Shown piece by piece: positions 15,539-25,254 of a stretch of 39,049 nt of DNA. The stretch is from contig JAUHYO010000001.1 of assembly GCA_030426325.1 (NCBI GenBank), forward strand, positions 1 to 39,049, given 5' to 3'. Position 1 is the stretch's first letter. Each line of letters begins with the position of its first letter. The notes beneath the pieces were generated by a model that was given only the letters and a program-made list of their open reading frames with translations, was not told where the DNA came from and searched no databases. The stretch comes from Gammaproteobacteria bacterium. GTDB lineage: Bacteria; Pseudomonadota; Gammaproteobacteria; Steroidobacterales; Woeseiaceae. The position numbers and the translations under genes were made by a program.

Positions 15539-17176
15539 CTAATCAACCACCGCTTCAAACACGATTGCAAAAGCGTTGCCGGGAGCCAGGCTTGTTGCAA
15601 TTCCCGTTACCGTTGCGCCCGCAATACTGATACCAAACGGGTCGGATTCATCAGCACCAGTATCATCATCGTCCTCAGGCGTCACTGCGCCTGCGCAACT
15701 TGTTCCGGAGCGCATCGATCCAGGTACGTAGGTGACATCCGGGGGCAAGGGATCAGTGGCCGTCAGAGACTGGGCCGTTGTTTGCCCGATATTCGTTGTC
15801 AGAATGCAATAGCGTATTGTCGCACCGGCGATAGCTTTTGGATCGGTCAGGCTCACTCCATCGCTAACCACTTCCACGGTCTTGACGACCGCCAGGCCTG
15901 ACCTTGTATTGGTGTAGGTGCAACTGATTGCAGTTTCGCCTGTCGCGATGGTGAGACCATCCGCCAGGTTTGTATCTGCCGCGCCCGTGCACGCGAGCGA
16001 GGACACATAGTTTGCGACGTTTGTACCCGCAAGCGTTTCTGCGAAATCGAGCGTATCCCCGAATACAACCGGTGTCGGCGTTGCATCGGTATCAATCTCA
16101 TTGGCACTGCCCGCATCAGAATTCAGCGTATCGACAACCGAACCACTGTTCGAAACAGTAATCGTCGCATCATCACCAACAACAGCACCTATCCACTGCT
16201 TGTTCATTGTTACGCGCGAATCATTATCAATGATGTTGTAACTGGCATTCGCCTGCCCACTGCCACCACAGGTGGTGCTGCTTGTGATTGTGTAGCTCGC
16301 AGGCACCGGCGTAATCGACATCTGAATGGATTCTGTACTCTCGACCTCGGCGTCGTCACTGATAGTGATGCCAAGGGGTATTAGTCCCTGAACATAATTG
16401 CCGACCGGAACAGTAACGTTGAAGGTCGCAGCACCGTTTGGCGTCGTGTAGTCGGCGCCAAGGGTTGCAGTCCCGCCAGTAATATTGACGACAACGTCAA
16501 ACGCCGTCACCACATCACCGGACACGACAATACTCGGTAGATTGGCATCGGGCACTGATTCGGACCCGGAGCCTGCACTGTCGTCGAACTCCAGAAACGG
16601 CGTCAGAATAATGGTAATTCCGTCCAGGAAGTTTCCGTAGCTGCCGGGATCTGTCGTTCGAAACTGAACCCGTTGAACCCCGGACGGCCCGTTATAGGAA
16701 ACGCCTGACGCGCTATTCAGATTCCAGCCCTGGGGTACCAGGGACGCCTGGCTGCCCAGAACCTGAATGGTGGTGCCAGCACTGTTCGCAATTTCAAACG
16801 TTACGTTCTGAATCAGGGGGCCACCCGTGCGTGCCCGGTGCGCAAAGGTCCAGTTGAAAACATCACCATTGACCAGGCAAACCTCCTGATACAGCGCACC
16901 GGGCGAGTGGGCATTCAACTCAGCATGAACAACCCCCTGATACGAGGTCACGCCCTGAAAGTTGCTATCCCACAATTCAATTACGCCAGTCGTACTCAGC
17001 CACCCGGGTACAGCAGAATCCGGAAACGGCTGCCAGTTCGGCGGACCGGCTCCTTGCGGATCATTGCTTTCAAAGCCCGTATTGGTAATTGAACGCTGAT
17101 ACTGCGCCCACGCAGTCTGGGGGCTACACAAGAGTGCACCGAAAACTGCGATCGCTGACAGCGAGAGGAATTTCAT
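15539..17176 (-). CDS. Secreted multidomain protein: N-terminal jelly-roll/lectin-like domain, Calx-beta-like domain, DUF11-type C-terminal repeat
   Basis: Sec signal MKFLSLSAIAVFGALLCSPQTAWAQ. The Calx-beta-like stretch is ITGGTATLGADYTT...ISDDAEVESTESIQMSI. The DUF11-like stretch is LAVVKTVEVVSDG...IRYCILTTNIGQTTAQSLTATDPLPPDVTYVPGS. Confidence 0.8.
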   Translation of the reverse strand: MKFLSLSAIAVFGALLCSPQTAWAQYQRSITNTGFESNDPQGAGPPNWQPFPDSAVPGWLSTTGVIELWDSNFQGVTSYQGVVHAELNAHSPGALYQEVCLVNGDVFNWTFAHRARTGGPLIQNVTFEIANSAGTTIQVLGSQASLVPQGWNLNSASGVSYNGPSGVQRVQFRTTDPGSYGNFLDGITIILTPFLEFDDSAGSGSESVPDANLPSIVVSGDVVTAFDVVVNITGGTATLGADYTTPNGAATFNVTVPVGNYVQGLIPLGITISDDAEVESTESIQMSITPVPASYTITSSTTCGGSGQANASYNIIDNDSRVTMNKQWIGAVVGDDATITVSNSGSVVDTLNSDAGSANEIDTDATPTPVVFGDTLDFAETLAGTNVANYVSSLACTGAADTNLADGLTIATGETAISCTYTNTRSGLAVVKTVEVVSDGVSLTDPKAIAGATIRYCILTTNIGQTTAQSLTATDPLPPDVTYVPGSMRSGTSCAGAVTPEDDDDTGADESDPFGISIAGATVTGIATSLAPGNAFAIVFEAVVD

Positions 17177-17356
17177 TGGTCTGGGTTTGCCGCTTAAAGC
17201 CAGTTTTGTCGACGTATCAGCCAGTCTAGCCCCCTCAATTACTCAAAAAGGTGACGCAACTCAAAATTCGATCAAAAACAATTGCATGCGAATAATCGTT
17301 GGCACCGATGATGCCAAGACGAGTCGCCACGTAGCAGTCGACGGGTTTGAGATAGA

Positions 17357-17797
17357 ATGATGGCTGTTGACCCCACGTGGTCATACCATTCAGTAACACA
17401 ACGCACGTTGGACTTTATGCAGAACTACATGCTGGCGGCCGGAATAATTGCCATATCGGTTGGACTGGTCCATTCGGTTTTGGGCGAAGTACTGATATTC
17501 AGCCGGCTGCGGAGCGATGGCGTTGTTCCTACAGAAGGCGCACCAGCCCTAAAGGAGCGTCACGTAAGAATACTATGGGCGAGCTGGCATATCGTTACAG
17601 TGTTCGGGTGCGCAATAGGGGCGATCTTGTTGCGCATGGCCCTGCCATTCTCTGAGAACGTCTTGCAGGTATTTGTGGAAAACACAATCGTTGTCTCAAT
17701 GCTGGCGAGTGCAGCGCTCGTCTTGGTTGGCACGAACGGGATGCACCCTGGTTGGTTAGGATTATTGGGTGTTGCAGTGTTCACCCTTATCGGCTGA
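17357..17797 (+). CDS. Hypothetical 4-TM membrane protein
   Basis: 146 aa with hydrophobic spans. Codon usage is richer in A/T-ending codons than in neighbouring genes. The start is uncertain, with an alternative ATG at codon 21. Confidence 0.5.
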   Translation: MMAVDPTWSYHSVTQRTLDFMQNYMLAAGIIAISVGLVHSVLGEVLIFSRLRSDGVVPTEGAPALKERHVRILWASWHIVTVFGCAIGAILLRMALPFSENVLQVFVENTIVVSMLASAALVLVGTNGMHPGWLGLLGVAVFTLIG

Positions 17798-17875
17798 GGC
17801 AAGTATTCAGACGGACAGTGAATGAACTAATCGCTTCTCCGACACCGAAACGAACGATAACGACTGGATGAAGTC

Positions 17876-18826
17876 TTGTCAGACTGGACACACCTGCTTG
17901 CAATCTTGCCCGGTATCTTCGCCGGGTTGCTACTGATATCCCGTGTCAGTCATGTCGCACAAATTTTCACAAAGACGGAGGTCGATTCAGAGGACACTCC
18001 GCCAACAGACCAACTCCTAAGCCAAAATCAGATCCTTATCGCCGCAGCATTCGTTTTCGGATGGATGGCGCTATTTGCTGCCATCGGAATTTATACCCAT
18101 GTTGTACATGACGGTTCCGCTGGCTGGTTCTGGTTTTTCGTCGGTATAACTGCAACACCGCTTATTATTCTGCCGCCAACGATCTATGTGTTGCAGCGAA
18201 ATCGTAATCGGCGCGCAACGTTCAGTGCTGCTAAACATTCACGTCAGCAAACCGGCGAAACCTTCGAATACGAAATCACGTTTGACGAAGACTACATTCG
18301 CTCGCTTGTCGACAGGTATTTGCAACAGGACCCGTTTGCCGGCCACCCTTACGTGCTGATCGTCCTGTTCACAGTCGCAGCAGCCGTTACTTGGGGGTTG
18401 GATTTGTTTGGACCCGACAGCAGAGCAATTGCGGGACTAATATTTTTAGCGGGGCCCGTCGGAAGCTTCATCGTTCATCGTGTACAGCGACACGTGATGT
18501 TCTCGGATCGTGGATATGCGTCGCACATGGGCAAGACATCGGTCTACGCACTGTCGGCCGATGGACTGGAGGTAGAAGGACCGCGCCCCTGTCATGCTGC
18601 GATCTGGCCGGACCTGATAGCATGGCCTAATATTTTGCGCGCAGCTCGCTTTAGCGACGGAACGCTTCTGTGCGGATGCGGCAGAGTCACCGACAGCTTT
18701 GCGCTCGCGTGGCTTCCGGATACGGCATTGCGTGATGCGCAGCCGGACGAGGTATTGCGATTCATCGAAGCAAAGATACAACCTCGCACCATTAAGCGAC
18801 TGAAGCGTCTGACCAGGCCGAGATAA
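17876..18826 (+). CDS. Hypothetical membrane protein (4 TM plus soluble C-terminal domain, possibly YcxB-like)
   Basis: 316 aa with a TTG start. It has two N-terminal and two central hydrophobic spans and a basic C-terminus. No family is recognised with confidence. Confidence 0.5.
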   Translation: MSDWTHLLAILPGIFAGLLLISRVSHVAQIFTKTEVDSEDTPPTDQLLSQNQILIAAAFVFGWMALFAAIGIYTHVVHDGSAGWFWFFVGITATPLIILPPTIYVLQRNRNRRATFSAAKHSRQQTGETFEYEITFDEDYIRSLVDRYLQQDPFAGHPYVLIVLFTVAAAVTWGLDLFGPDSRAIAGLIFLAGPVGSFIVHRVQRHVMFSDRGYASHMGKTSVYALSADGLEVEGPRPCHAAIWPDLIAWPNILRAARFSDGTLLCGCGRVTDSFALAWLPDTALRDAQPDEVLRFIEAKIQPRTIKRLKRLTRPR

Positions 18827-18883
18827 TCGCCCGGACTGCGTTAGAATGGAAACATCATGCTAGTGGTCAACAGGAGAAATACA

Positions 18884-19249
18884 ATGAGCTACATTGATGG
18901 TTTTGTGATCGCTGTACCGACCGCAAACAAACAGAAGTTTATTGAGCACGCCAAACGAGGTGACACCGTTTTCACTGACCTTGGTGCAACGCGAGTTATC
19001 GAATGCTGGGCTGATGATGTGCCCGAAGGAAAGGTTACCGATTTCGGCAAAGCGGTTCAGGCGACGCCGGATGAATCGGTCGTGTTTTCCTGGATCGAAT
19101 GGCCAGACAAGGAAACACGCGATGCCGCGATGAAGACAATGATGTCGGATGATTTTGACGACGAGCGAATGGACCCGAAGAAAAACCCCATGCCTTACGA
19201 CGGCAAGCGGCTTATTTATGGCGGCTTCAGGCCGATTGTTGAATTGTAG
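18884..19249 (+). CDS. DUF1428-family protein (YbaA-like)
   Basis: MSYIDGFVIAVPTANKQKFIEHAK...VFSWIEWPDKETRDAAMK...MPYDGKRLIYGGF is the DUF1428 pattern. A GGAGA SD precedes ATG 18884. The track extension was removed. Confidence 0.85.
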   Translation: MSYIDGFVIAVPTANKQKFIEHAKRGDTVFTDLGATRVIECWADDVPEGKVTDFGKAVQATPDESVVFSWIEWPDKETRDAAMKTMMSDDFDDERMDPKKNPMPYDGKRLIYGGFRPIVEL

Positions 19250-19282
19250 GCTCTATTACCCAGGCACACGAGGAGTTCACGA

Positions 19283-19588
19283 ATGTCGAAAAAACTCGAT
19301 TGCCCCAACTGCAACAGTCCCGCTATTGGTTATTGGAAGAAGCAATTTCTCGGACCGGCGCGGACGATTGGATGCGACCATTGCGGTGCGCGCGTATCGG
19401 TCAGTGCAAAGCACTTTCTCCCGATTCTCATATTGGTTATCGGCGCGTTTCCGGTATTCGGAATGCTCGGCCTGATGAAGCACGGACTTACTTCGACTGC
19501 CAGCTTGTTTGTTCTTGTACTGCTGATAACAGGCGTCTATCAGCACTTCTTTGTACCGCTGGTCGTTCGATCCCGGCGACCGCATTGA
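19283..19588 (+). CDS. Small membrane protein with N-terminal CxxC...CxxC zinc-ribbon
   Basis: CPNC...CDHC is followed by two TM spans. A GAGGAG SD lies upstream. Confidence 0.55.
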   Translation: MSKKLDCPNCNSPAIGYWKKQFLGPARTIGCDHCGARVSVSAKHFLPILILVIGAFPVFGMLGLMKHGLTSTASLFVLVLLITGVYQHFFVPLVVRSRRPH

Positions 19589-19606
19589 TCAAGGTATGAG
19601 GGGCGC

Positions 19607-21556
19607 ATGTATCAGACGATGACTGGCTTTCGCACGCTGGCGTTTGTCGCCGCGATGCTTTTGGCGTCACAGGCTTTTGCGCAATCTCCGCCACCGCTGG
19701 AGGCCTACGGTGCAATGCCGACGGTCGACCTGTTGGTGATCTCGCCGAGCGGCAGCCGGATCGCATACCGGATGACGACAAATGATCAGGATGTCGTGGT
19801 CGTCGCAGACTTGCAGACGAAGCAAATAATAAACGGTCTGAAAGTCGGTGATATTACCGTCAGGCAACTCCGGCTTATTGACGACGACACCCTGATCATC
19901 AATGCAGGTCGTACAGCGAGGTCGAGTGGGTTCCTCGGCCAGTATGATTACAGCACTGCGCTCCGCTTCGACGTTCCCTCAGGCTCACTCGATCAGTTGC
20001 TCTGGCGCGCTGATGATCTGCATCCCGCCCAGTCCGGACTGGGCCAGATAATCGCTGCGGTCGATGGCGGAAAAAGTCTGTTGATGCCAGCGTTTCATAG
20101 TAAGGATGTAGCACTTAGCGATCCGAGATACGGCGTCTACTCTGTCGAGCTGAAATACAATAGAGCAAAGCTGGTCGATAACGGTAGCTTCTCGGCAGTA
20201 GACTGGTTCGCCGACGACAGTGGCCAGATCAGCGTCCGGGTCGACTTCATTCAGTCCGAGGACCGGTATCGTATTTGGTCTCTTCAGGACAAGCGGAAAA
20301 AAATCTTCGAGTTAGTGACCAGCATTCCGCCAGTCGGACCGGTTGGCATGCTGGCTGGCGACAACGCGTTGGTCTATGTCGCAAGACCTTCCGGTTCTGA
20401 CTTCGCGGCCTTCTACCGCATGGACATCGAAGATGGTGACCTTTCCGGGCCCATCATGGACCGAAGTGACGCCGGAGTTGAGTCTGTCCTGAACGATATC
20501 AATCGGACGGTACACGGCTTTCAATACACCGGCTTTACACCGACCTACAAATTCTTCGACACGGAACTCGAAACGCGAGTCAGCAAGATCGTTGCGCTGA
20601 TGGAAGGGACGACCGGCACGATTGTTAGCTGGAGCGAAGATTTCGAAGATATTATCGTGCGCATAAGCGGCGTATGGAATTCCGGTGCCTACCTGCGCTT
20701 TCGAGCAGGATCCGACAAACCCGAGCTCATAATGAACGTGAGACCGGGCATCCCGATGGACCAGGTCGTCCCGACAAAGGCGATTCGTTATGCCGCCCGG
20801 GACGGACTTGAAATCCCTGCGCTCGTGACCGTTCGTGAAGACCTGCGATCAAGCGGTAATGCGCCATTGCTGGTCTTACCTCATGGTGGTCCTGCCGCGT
20901 ACGACAGCCTTGAGTTCAATTGGATCGCGCAGTACTTCGCCAGCCGCGGGTATGTCGTTTTGCAACCGCAGTTTCGAGGCTCGAGCGGTTTCGGCGCCGA
21001 GTTCATGCGAGCCGGTTTCGGCGAGTGGGGCGGCAAGATGCAAACGGATATCGATGATGGTGTCGATCACCTGATCGACAGCGGCCTCGTGAACGCCGAT
21101 CGTGTCTGCATCGTTGGCGCCAGTTACGGCGGCTACGCGGCCCTTGCAGCCGGTGCGTTTTCGCCCGAAAAGTATCGATGCGTCGCATCGATTGCGGGTA
21201 TTTCAGATCTTCAGGAAATGTTGAAGTCGGACCGGCGCAGTTACGGCCGCGACCACTGGGCAATCAGCTACTGGGAACGACAGTTCGGCGGAGAGGAGTT
21301 CGACTGGGACGCACTCGATGCAATCTCGCCGATCAATTTCGTCGATAACTTTGAAGCGCCGGTGTTGCTGATACACGGAAAAAAAGACACTGTCGTGTCA
21401 ATCGGCCAGAGCACCGCGATGCGGAAAGCATTGCGTAAGGCTGGCAAGAAGGTAAAGCTGATTGAGTTCAAAGGCGAAGATCACTGGCTTTCGTACAGCG
21501 AATCCAGGTTGGCAACCCTGCGCGCTCTTGCCAAATTCATCGAAGAGAATCTCTAG
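19607..21556 (+). CDS. S9-family serine peptidase (prolyl oligopeptidase / dipeptidyl aminopeptidase-like), secreted
   Basis: Signal MTGFRTLAFVAAMLLASQAFAQ, then a long propeller-like N-terminal half. The C-terminal alpha/beta hydrolase has LVLPHGGP, the nucleophile elbow GASYGGY, IHGKKDTVV and EDHW. Confidence 0.9.
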   Translation: MYQTMTGFRTLAFVAAMLLASQAFAQSPPPLEAYGAMPTVDLLVISPSGSRIAYRMTTNDQDVVVVADLQTKQIINGLKVGDITVRQLRLIDDDTLIINAGRTARSSGFLGQYDYSTALRFDVPSGSLDQLLWRADDLHPAQSGLGQIIAAVDGGKSLLMPAFHSKDVALSDPRYGVYSVELKYNRAKLVDNGSFSAVDWFADDSGQISVRVDFIQSEDRYRIWSLQDKRKKIFELVTSIPPVGPVGMLAGDNALVYVARPSGSDFAAFYRMDIEDGDLSGPIMDRSDAGVESVLNDINRTVHGFQYTGFTPTYKFFDTELETRVSKIVALMEGTTGTIVSWSEDFEDIIVRISGVWNSGAYLRFRAGSDKPELIMNVRPGIPMDQVVPTKAIRYAARDGLEIPALVTVREDLRSSGNAPLLVLPHGGPAAYDSLEFNWIAQYFASRGYVVLQPQFRGSSGFGAEFMRAGFGEWGGKMQTDIDDGVDHLIDSGLVNADRVCIVGASYGGYAALAAGAFSPEKYRCVASIAGISDLQEMLKSDRRSYGRDHWAISYWERQFGGEEFDWDALDAISPINFVDNFEAPVLLIHGKKDTVVSIGQSTAMRKALRKAGKKVKLIEFKGEDHWLSYSESRLATLRALAKFIEENL

Positions 21557-21587
21557 TTCGGATCAGCAAAACCGTTGAACCCCGCAA

Positions 21588-22994
21588 TCAATCCGGTGAC
21601 CCGGAATTATTCGGCCCCTTGGGTTTCGTACCCAGGACGTCGAAGACCATGCCGGCCAGGGCGTTCACACGCGTCACGCGGAACATCAGTTCGGTCAACG
21701 ATATGTCCCGCACGTTGCGTACCTCGCGGATCTTCGGCACCAGGGCGATCACGATAATCGCTCGAACCACCGTCGAAATCGCGAACACACCCAGCAGCGG
21801 GCTGAACCAGCTGAACGTCGCGCCAAACAGCTCGACCTCCGTCGGAAGCACTGCACCCAGGTAACCGCCGAGCACCGCGCCTGCGAAAATGCCGGTGCTT
21901 GCAAGCACGTTGTGAACGGCGAGATAAGTCGCTCGCTTGTCGCGAGCGATCAGGTCGTAGAGAAAATTGCTGGCACTGAGTGAGAATCCGGCCCAGGCCA
22001 GCCCGCTGATCGCCTGAACGAACAGCAGGTACCAGAAGTTGGTGGAAAAAATCCACAACAGCGGCATCAGGGGAATCAACATACCGGTCGCCGCGAGAAT
22101 CCGGCGGTTGCCGAATATGTCGCTGATTCGTCCCCACTGGTTCAGTGTCAGGAACTGCGCAAATATCGCCATGCCCGTATTGGCCATGAACGCGATATAG
22201 CTGAACTGCAGGTCTCTCAACATGTAGACCGTAAAGAACGGCGATGCGATGGCAACTGAAAACTGTGTCAAAGCAAAAAAAATAGAGAACCGGACGAAAT
22301 TCGACTGTCGCAACCGCTGCCACCAGGCTATTCCCACCGGCACCTCCATTGCAGCGACCTGACCCGACGGATCGTGCATTTTGGAGAGGTGATAAACAGA
22401 GACAAGCCGCGCCGACATCGCGATACCGAACAGCAGCAGAAAGCCCTGGTAAGTGTGACCACTGCTGCTCGCAAGGTGCAGCGTCGCGCCGCCGAGCGCC
22501 AGCGAGATAAAGGTCACCAGGGAGACGATTCGCGTGCGCAATGCAAAGAACCGGCCGCGTCGCCGCGTTGGCACAATATCGCCCATCATGCTGCCCCATT
22601 GCGGCGTCGACAGGTGGGCACCGCATTGGTAAACGACCACGGCGGCAATCAGCAAGGGCACGGCGGATTCGCGAAACAGGATCGGCAACACAACCAGCGG
22701 CAGCCATGCGAATGCCTGCACGCTGGCACCAATCAGCACGATCAGCTTTCGCTGCCCAGTCAGGTGGCCGAGCCAGGCGGAAAGCAATTGAACGAATGAG
22801 GCAAGCAGCGGCGGCAGTGATGCCAGCAAGCCAATCTGTGGCGTACTGGCCTTCAGGAACAGCGCGAAAGCGGACAGGTAAGTCTCGCCAATGCCAACCA
22901 TCGTGGCAAAGGCGGCGGCGTCTTTCAGCGAATGACGCAACGACGCATCGGTTTTCGGATCACTCCCTCCGGGGAACGACCATTCAGCTTTCAT
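21588..22994 (-). CDS. MFS transporter
   Basis: About 12 TM spans with an MFS-like loop (GHLTGQRKL). I chose ATG 22994 (MKAEWSF...), which overlaps the end of ygiQ by 11 nt. The longer track ORF (to 23117) would run deep into ygiQ. Confidence 0.8.
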   Translation of the reverse strand: MKAEWSFPGGSDPKTDASLRHSLKDAAAFATMVGIGETYLSAFALFLKASTPQIGLLASLPPLLASFVQLLSAWLGHLTGQRKLIVLIGASVQAFAWLPLVVLPILFRESAVPLLIAAVVVYQCGAHLSTPQWGSMMGDIVPTRRRGRFFALRTRIVSLVTFISLALGGATLHLASSSGHTYQGFLLLFGIAMSARLVSVYHLSKMHDPSGQVAAMEVPVGIAWWQRLRQSNFVRFSIFFALTQFSVAIASPFFTVYMLRDLQFSYIAFMANTGMAIFAQFLTLNQWGRISDIFGNRRILAATGMLIPLMPLLWIFSTNFWYLLFVQAISGLAWAGFSLSASNFLYDLIARDKRATYLAVHNVLASTGIFAGAVLGGYLGAVLPTEVELFGATFSWFSPLLGVFAISTVVRAIIVIALVPKIREVRNVRDISLTELMFRVTRVNALAGMVFDVLGTKPKGPNNSGSPD

Positions 22995-25140
22995 TGCGGG
23001 GCGGCAACCCGGTGTGTTGCGACAGGATCTTGCCTTTCTGAATCCGCTTTTGATGGGCAGATGCGGTGTTCTTTCGGCGAGCTGAGTCCCGTGGCTGCTT
23101 GCCACGCGGTTGCACAAGCGGCACGAGCTTGTCTTTGCCCGGTCCGATCAGGTGTTGAAGTTTCATTTCCCGCAACGCATCACGAATCATCGGCCAGTTC
23201 TTCGGATCGTGATAGCGCAGCAGCGCCTTGTGCAGGCGGCGCTTTTCAGGACTCTTGACGATGTCCACGCCGTCACTCTTGTAAGTTACTTTACGCAACG
23301 GGTTCTTGCCAGAGTGGTACATCGCCGTCGCGGTTGCCATCGGCGATGGATAGAAAGCCTGCACCTGGTCCGCGCGAAAATTGTTTTTCTTGAGCCACAG
23401 CGCCAGGTTGATCATGTCTTCGTCGGTCGTGCCGGGGTGCGCCGCAATGAAGTACGGTATCAGGTACTGCTCTTTCCCAGCCTCTTTCGAGAACTTCTCA
23501 AACATTTCCTTGAACTCGTCGTAGGCCCCAATCCCCGGCTTCATCATCTTGTCGAGCGGGCCTTTTTCCGTGTGCTCAGGCGCGATCTTCAGATAACCGC
23601 CCACGTGGTGTGACACGAGCTCTTTGACGTACTCCGGATCCTTGACGGCGAGGTCATAGCGCAGGCCCGATGCAATCAGCACTTTCTTCACGCCCGGCAA
23701 GGCGCGTGCCTTGCGGTAGAGCTTTGTCAGCGAGGAGTGATCCGTATTCAGGTTGCTGCAAACATCCGGAAAAACGCAGCTTGGCAAACGGCATGCCGCT
23801 TCGATCTTGGGACTCTTGCAGGCGAGCCGGTACATATTCGCAGTTGGCCCGCCGAGATCCGAGATGACACCGGTAAAACCCGGCACCGTGTCACGAATCT
23901 TTTCGACTTCTTCAAGAATCGATTCTTCGGAACGATTCTGGATGATGCGGCCTTCATGCTCGGTGATCGAACAAAACGTACAACCACCGAAGCAGCCGCG
24001 CATGATGTTCACCGAGAAACGAATCATTTCATAGGCGGGAATGCGTGCATCGCCGTATGCCGTGTGCGGCACGCGGGTGAACGGCATGCCGAAAACGTAA
24101 TCCATTTCGGCAGTGCTGAGCGGCAATGCCGGCGGATTGAGCCACAAGTCGCGATCACCATGCGCCTGCACCAGTGCCCGCGCATTGCCCGGGTTGGTTT
24201 CGAGGTGCAGCACACGATTCGCATGGGCGTAGAGCACGGCGTCGTTACGCACCTTCTCGAACGACGGCAGGCGGATCACTGTACGTTCGCGATTGCGCCG
24301 TGCATCGGGAACGAAGCGCAGCACCTTACCCTCGTCCTTTGGCCCCTCCTCCTGTTGCGTCGCACAGGCTTTGCTTTCCTGCGTATTGACGTAGGGACTG
24401 ACTATCTGGTCGACGCGGCCGGGCCGGTCGATGCGCGTTGAGTCGATTTCCCACCAGCCCTCGGGTGTATCGTCGCGTATAAACGCGGTACCGCGTACAT
24501 CAATAATGTCTTCAACGCGTTCACCACGGGCAATGCGGTGCGACAGTTCGACGATCGCGCGTTCAGCATTGCCGTAGACGAGGATGTCCGCACTCGCGTC
24601 GAGCAGAATCGAGCGTCGCACACTGCCCTGCCAGTAATCGAAGTGGGCGATGCGGCGCAGCGACGCTTCAATGCCGCCGAGCACGACCGGGACATCCTTG
24701 TAGGCCTCCTTGCAGCGCTGCGAGTACACCAGCGAGCAGCGATCGGGGCGCTTGCCGCCCACACCGCCGGGCGTGTAGGCGTCATCGTTCCTGACCTTCT
24801 TGTCCGCCGTGTAGCGGTTGATCATCGAATCCATGTTACCGGCGGCAACACCAAAGTACAGGTTCGGTTTGCCGAGCTGCTCGAAGGCCTCTTTCGAGCG
24901 CCAGTCGGGCTGCGCGATGATGCCGACCCGGAACCCGTTCGCCTCCAGCAGCCGGCCGATAATGGCCATCCCAAAGGACGGGTGATCTACATAGGCGTCG
25001 CCCGTGACGATAATGATGTCGCAGGAATCCCAGCCGAGCGCGTCCATTTCCGCACGCGACATGGGCAGTTGCGGCGCGGTGCCGAAGCATTCAGCCCAGT
25101 ATTTATTGTGGCTGTAGAGTGGTGTTGCGGTTGCAGGCAT
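22984..25140 (-). CDS. ygiQ: YgiQ-family radical SAM protein (UPF0313)
   Basis: 718 aa. Seen: the N-terminal block [40 protein letters not shown], the radical SAM cluster motif CFGGCTFCS, and a basic C-terminal tail. This is the typical YgiQ architecture. Confidence 0.92.
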   Translation of the reverse strand: MPATATPLYSHNKYWAECFGTAPQLPMSRAEMDALGWDSCDIIIVTGDAYVDHPSFGMAIIGRLLEANGFRVGIIAQPDWRSKEAFEQLGKPNLYFGVAAGNMDSMINRYTADKKVRNDDAYTPGGVGGKRPDRCSLVYSQRCKEAYKDVPVVLGGIEASLRRIAHFDYWQGSVRRSILLDASADILVYGNAERAIVELSHRIARGERVEDIIDVRGTAFIRDDTPEGWWEIDSTRIDRPGRVDQIVSPYVNTQESKACATQQEEGPKDEGKVLRFVPDARRNRERTVIRLPSFEKVRNDAVLYAHANRVLHLETNPGNARALVQAHGDRDLWLNPPALPLSTAEMDYVFGMPFTRVPHTAYGDARIPAYEMIRFSVNIMRGCFGGCTFCSITEHEGRIIQNRSEESILEEVEKIRDTVPGFTGVISDLGGPTANMYRLACKSPKIEAACRLPSCVFPDVCSNLNTDHSSLTKLYRKARALPGVKKVLIASGLRYDLAVKDPEYVKELVSHHVGGYLKIAPEHTEKGPLDKMMKPGIGAYDEFKEMFEKFSKEAGKEQYLIPYFIAAHPGTTDEDMINLALWLKKNNFRADQVQAFYPSPMATATAMYHSGKNPLRKVTYKSDGVDIVKSPEKRRLHKALLRYHDPKNWPMIRDALREMKLQHLIGPGKDKLVPLVQPRGKQPRDSARRKNTASAHQKRIQKGKILSQHTGLPPRNES

Positions 25141-25254
25141 CAGCTAGTATCGAACAAAGGACTGCCAATCATAACCGCTTCGGGAGCAGATCGAGAGAAC
25201 GGGTACGATTTATTTACCGCGTAAACAAGGTGCGTATAGCCAACCGAAACCCCC

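Noticed and set aside
21607-22707. 366-aa minus-strand ORF inside the MFS gene, in a different frame
   Set aside because: It is out of frame with a 12-TM transporter ORF. Its sequence is Arg/Gly/Ala-rich and non-hydrophobic. It is a shadow frame.
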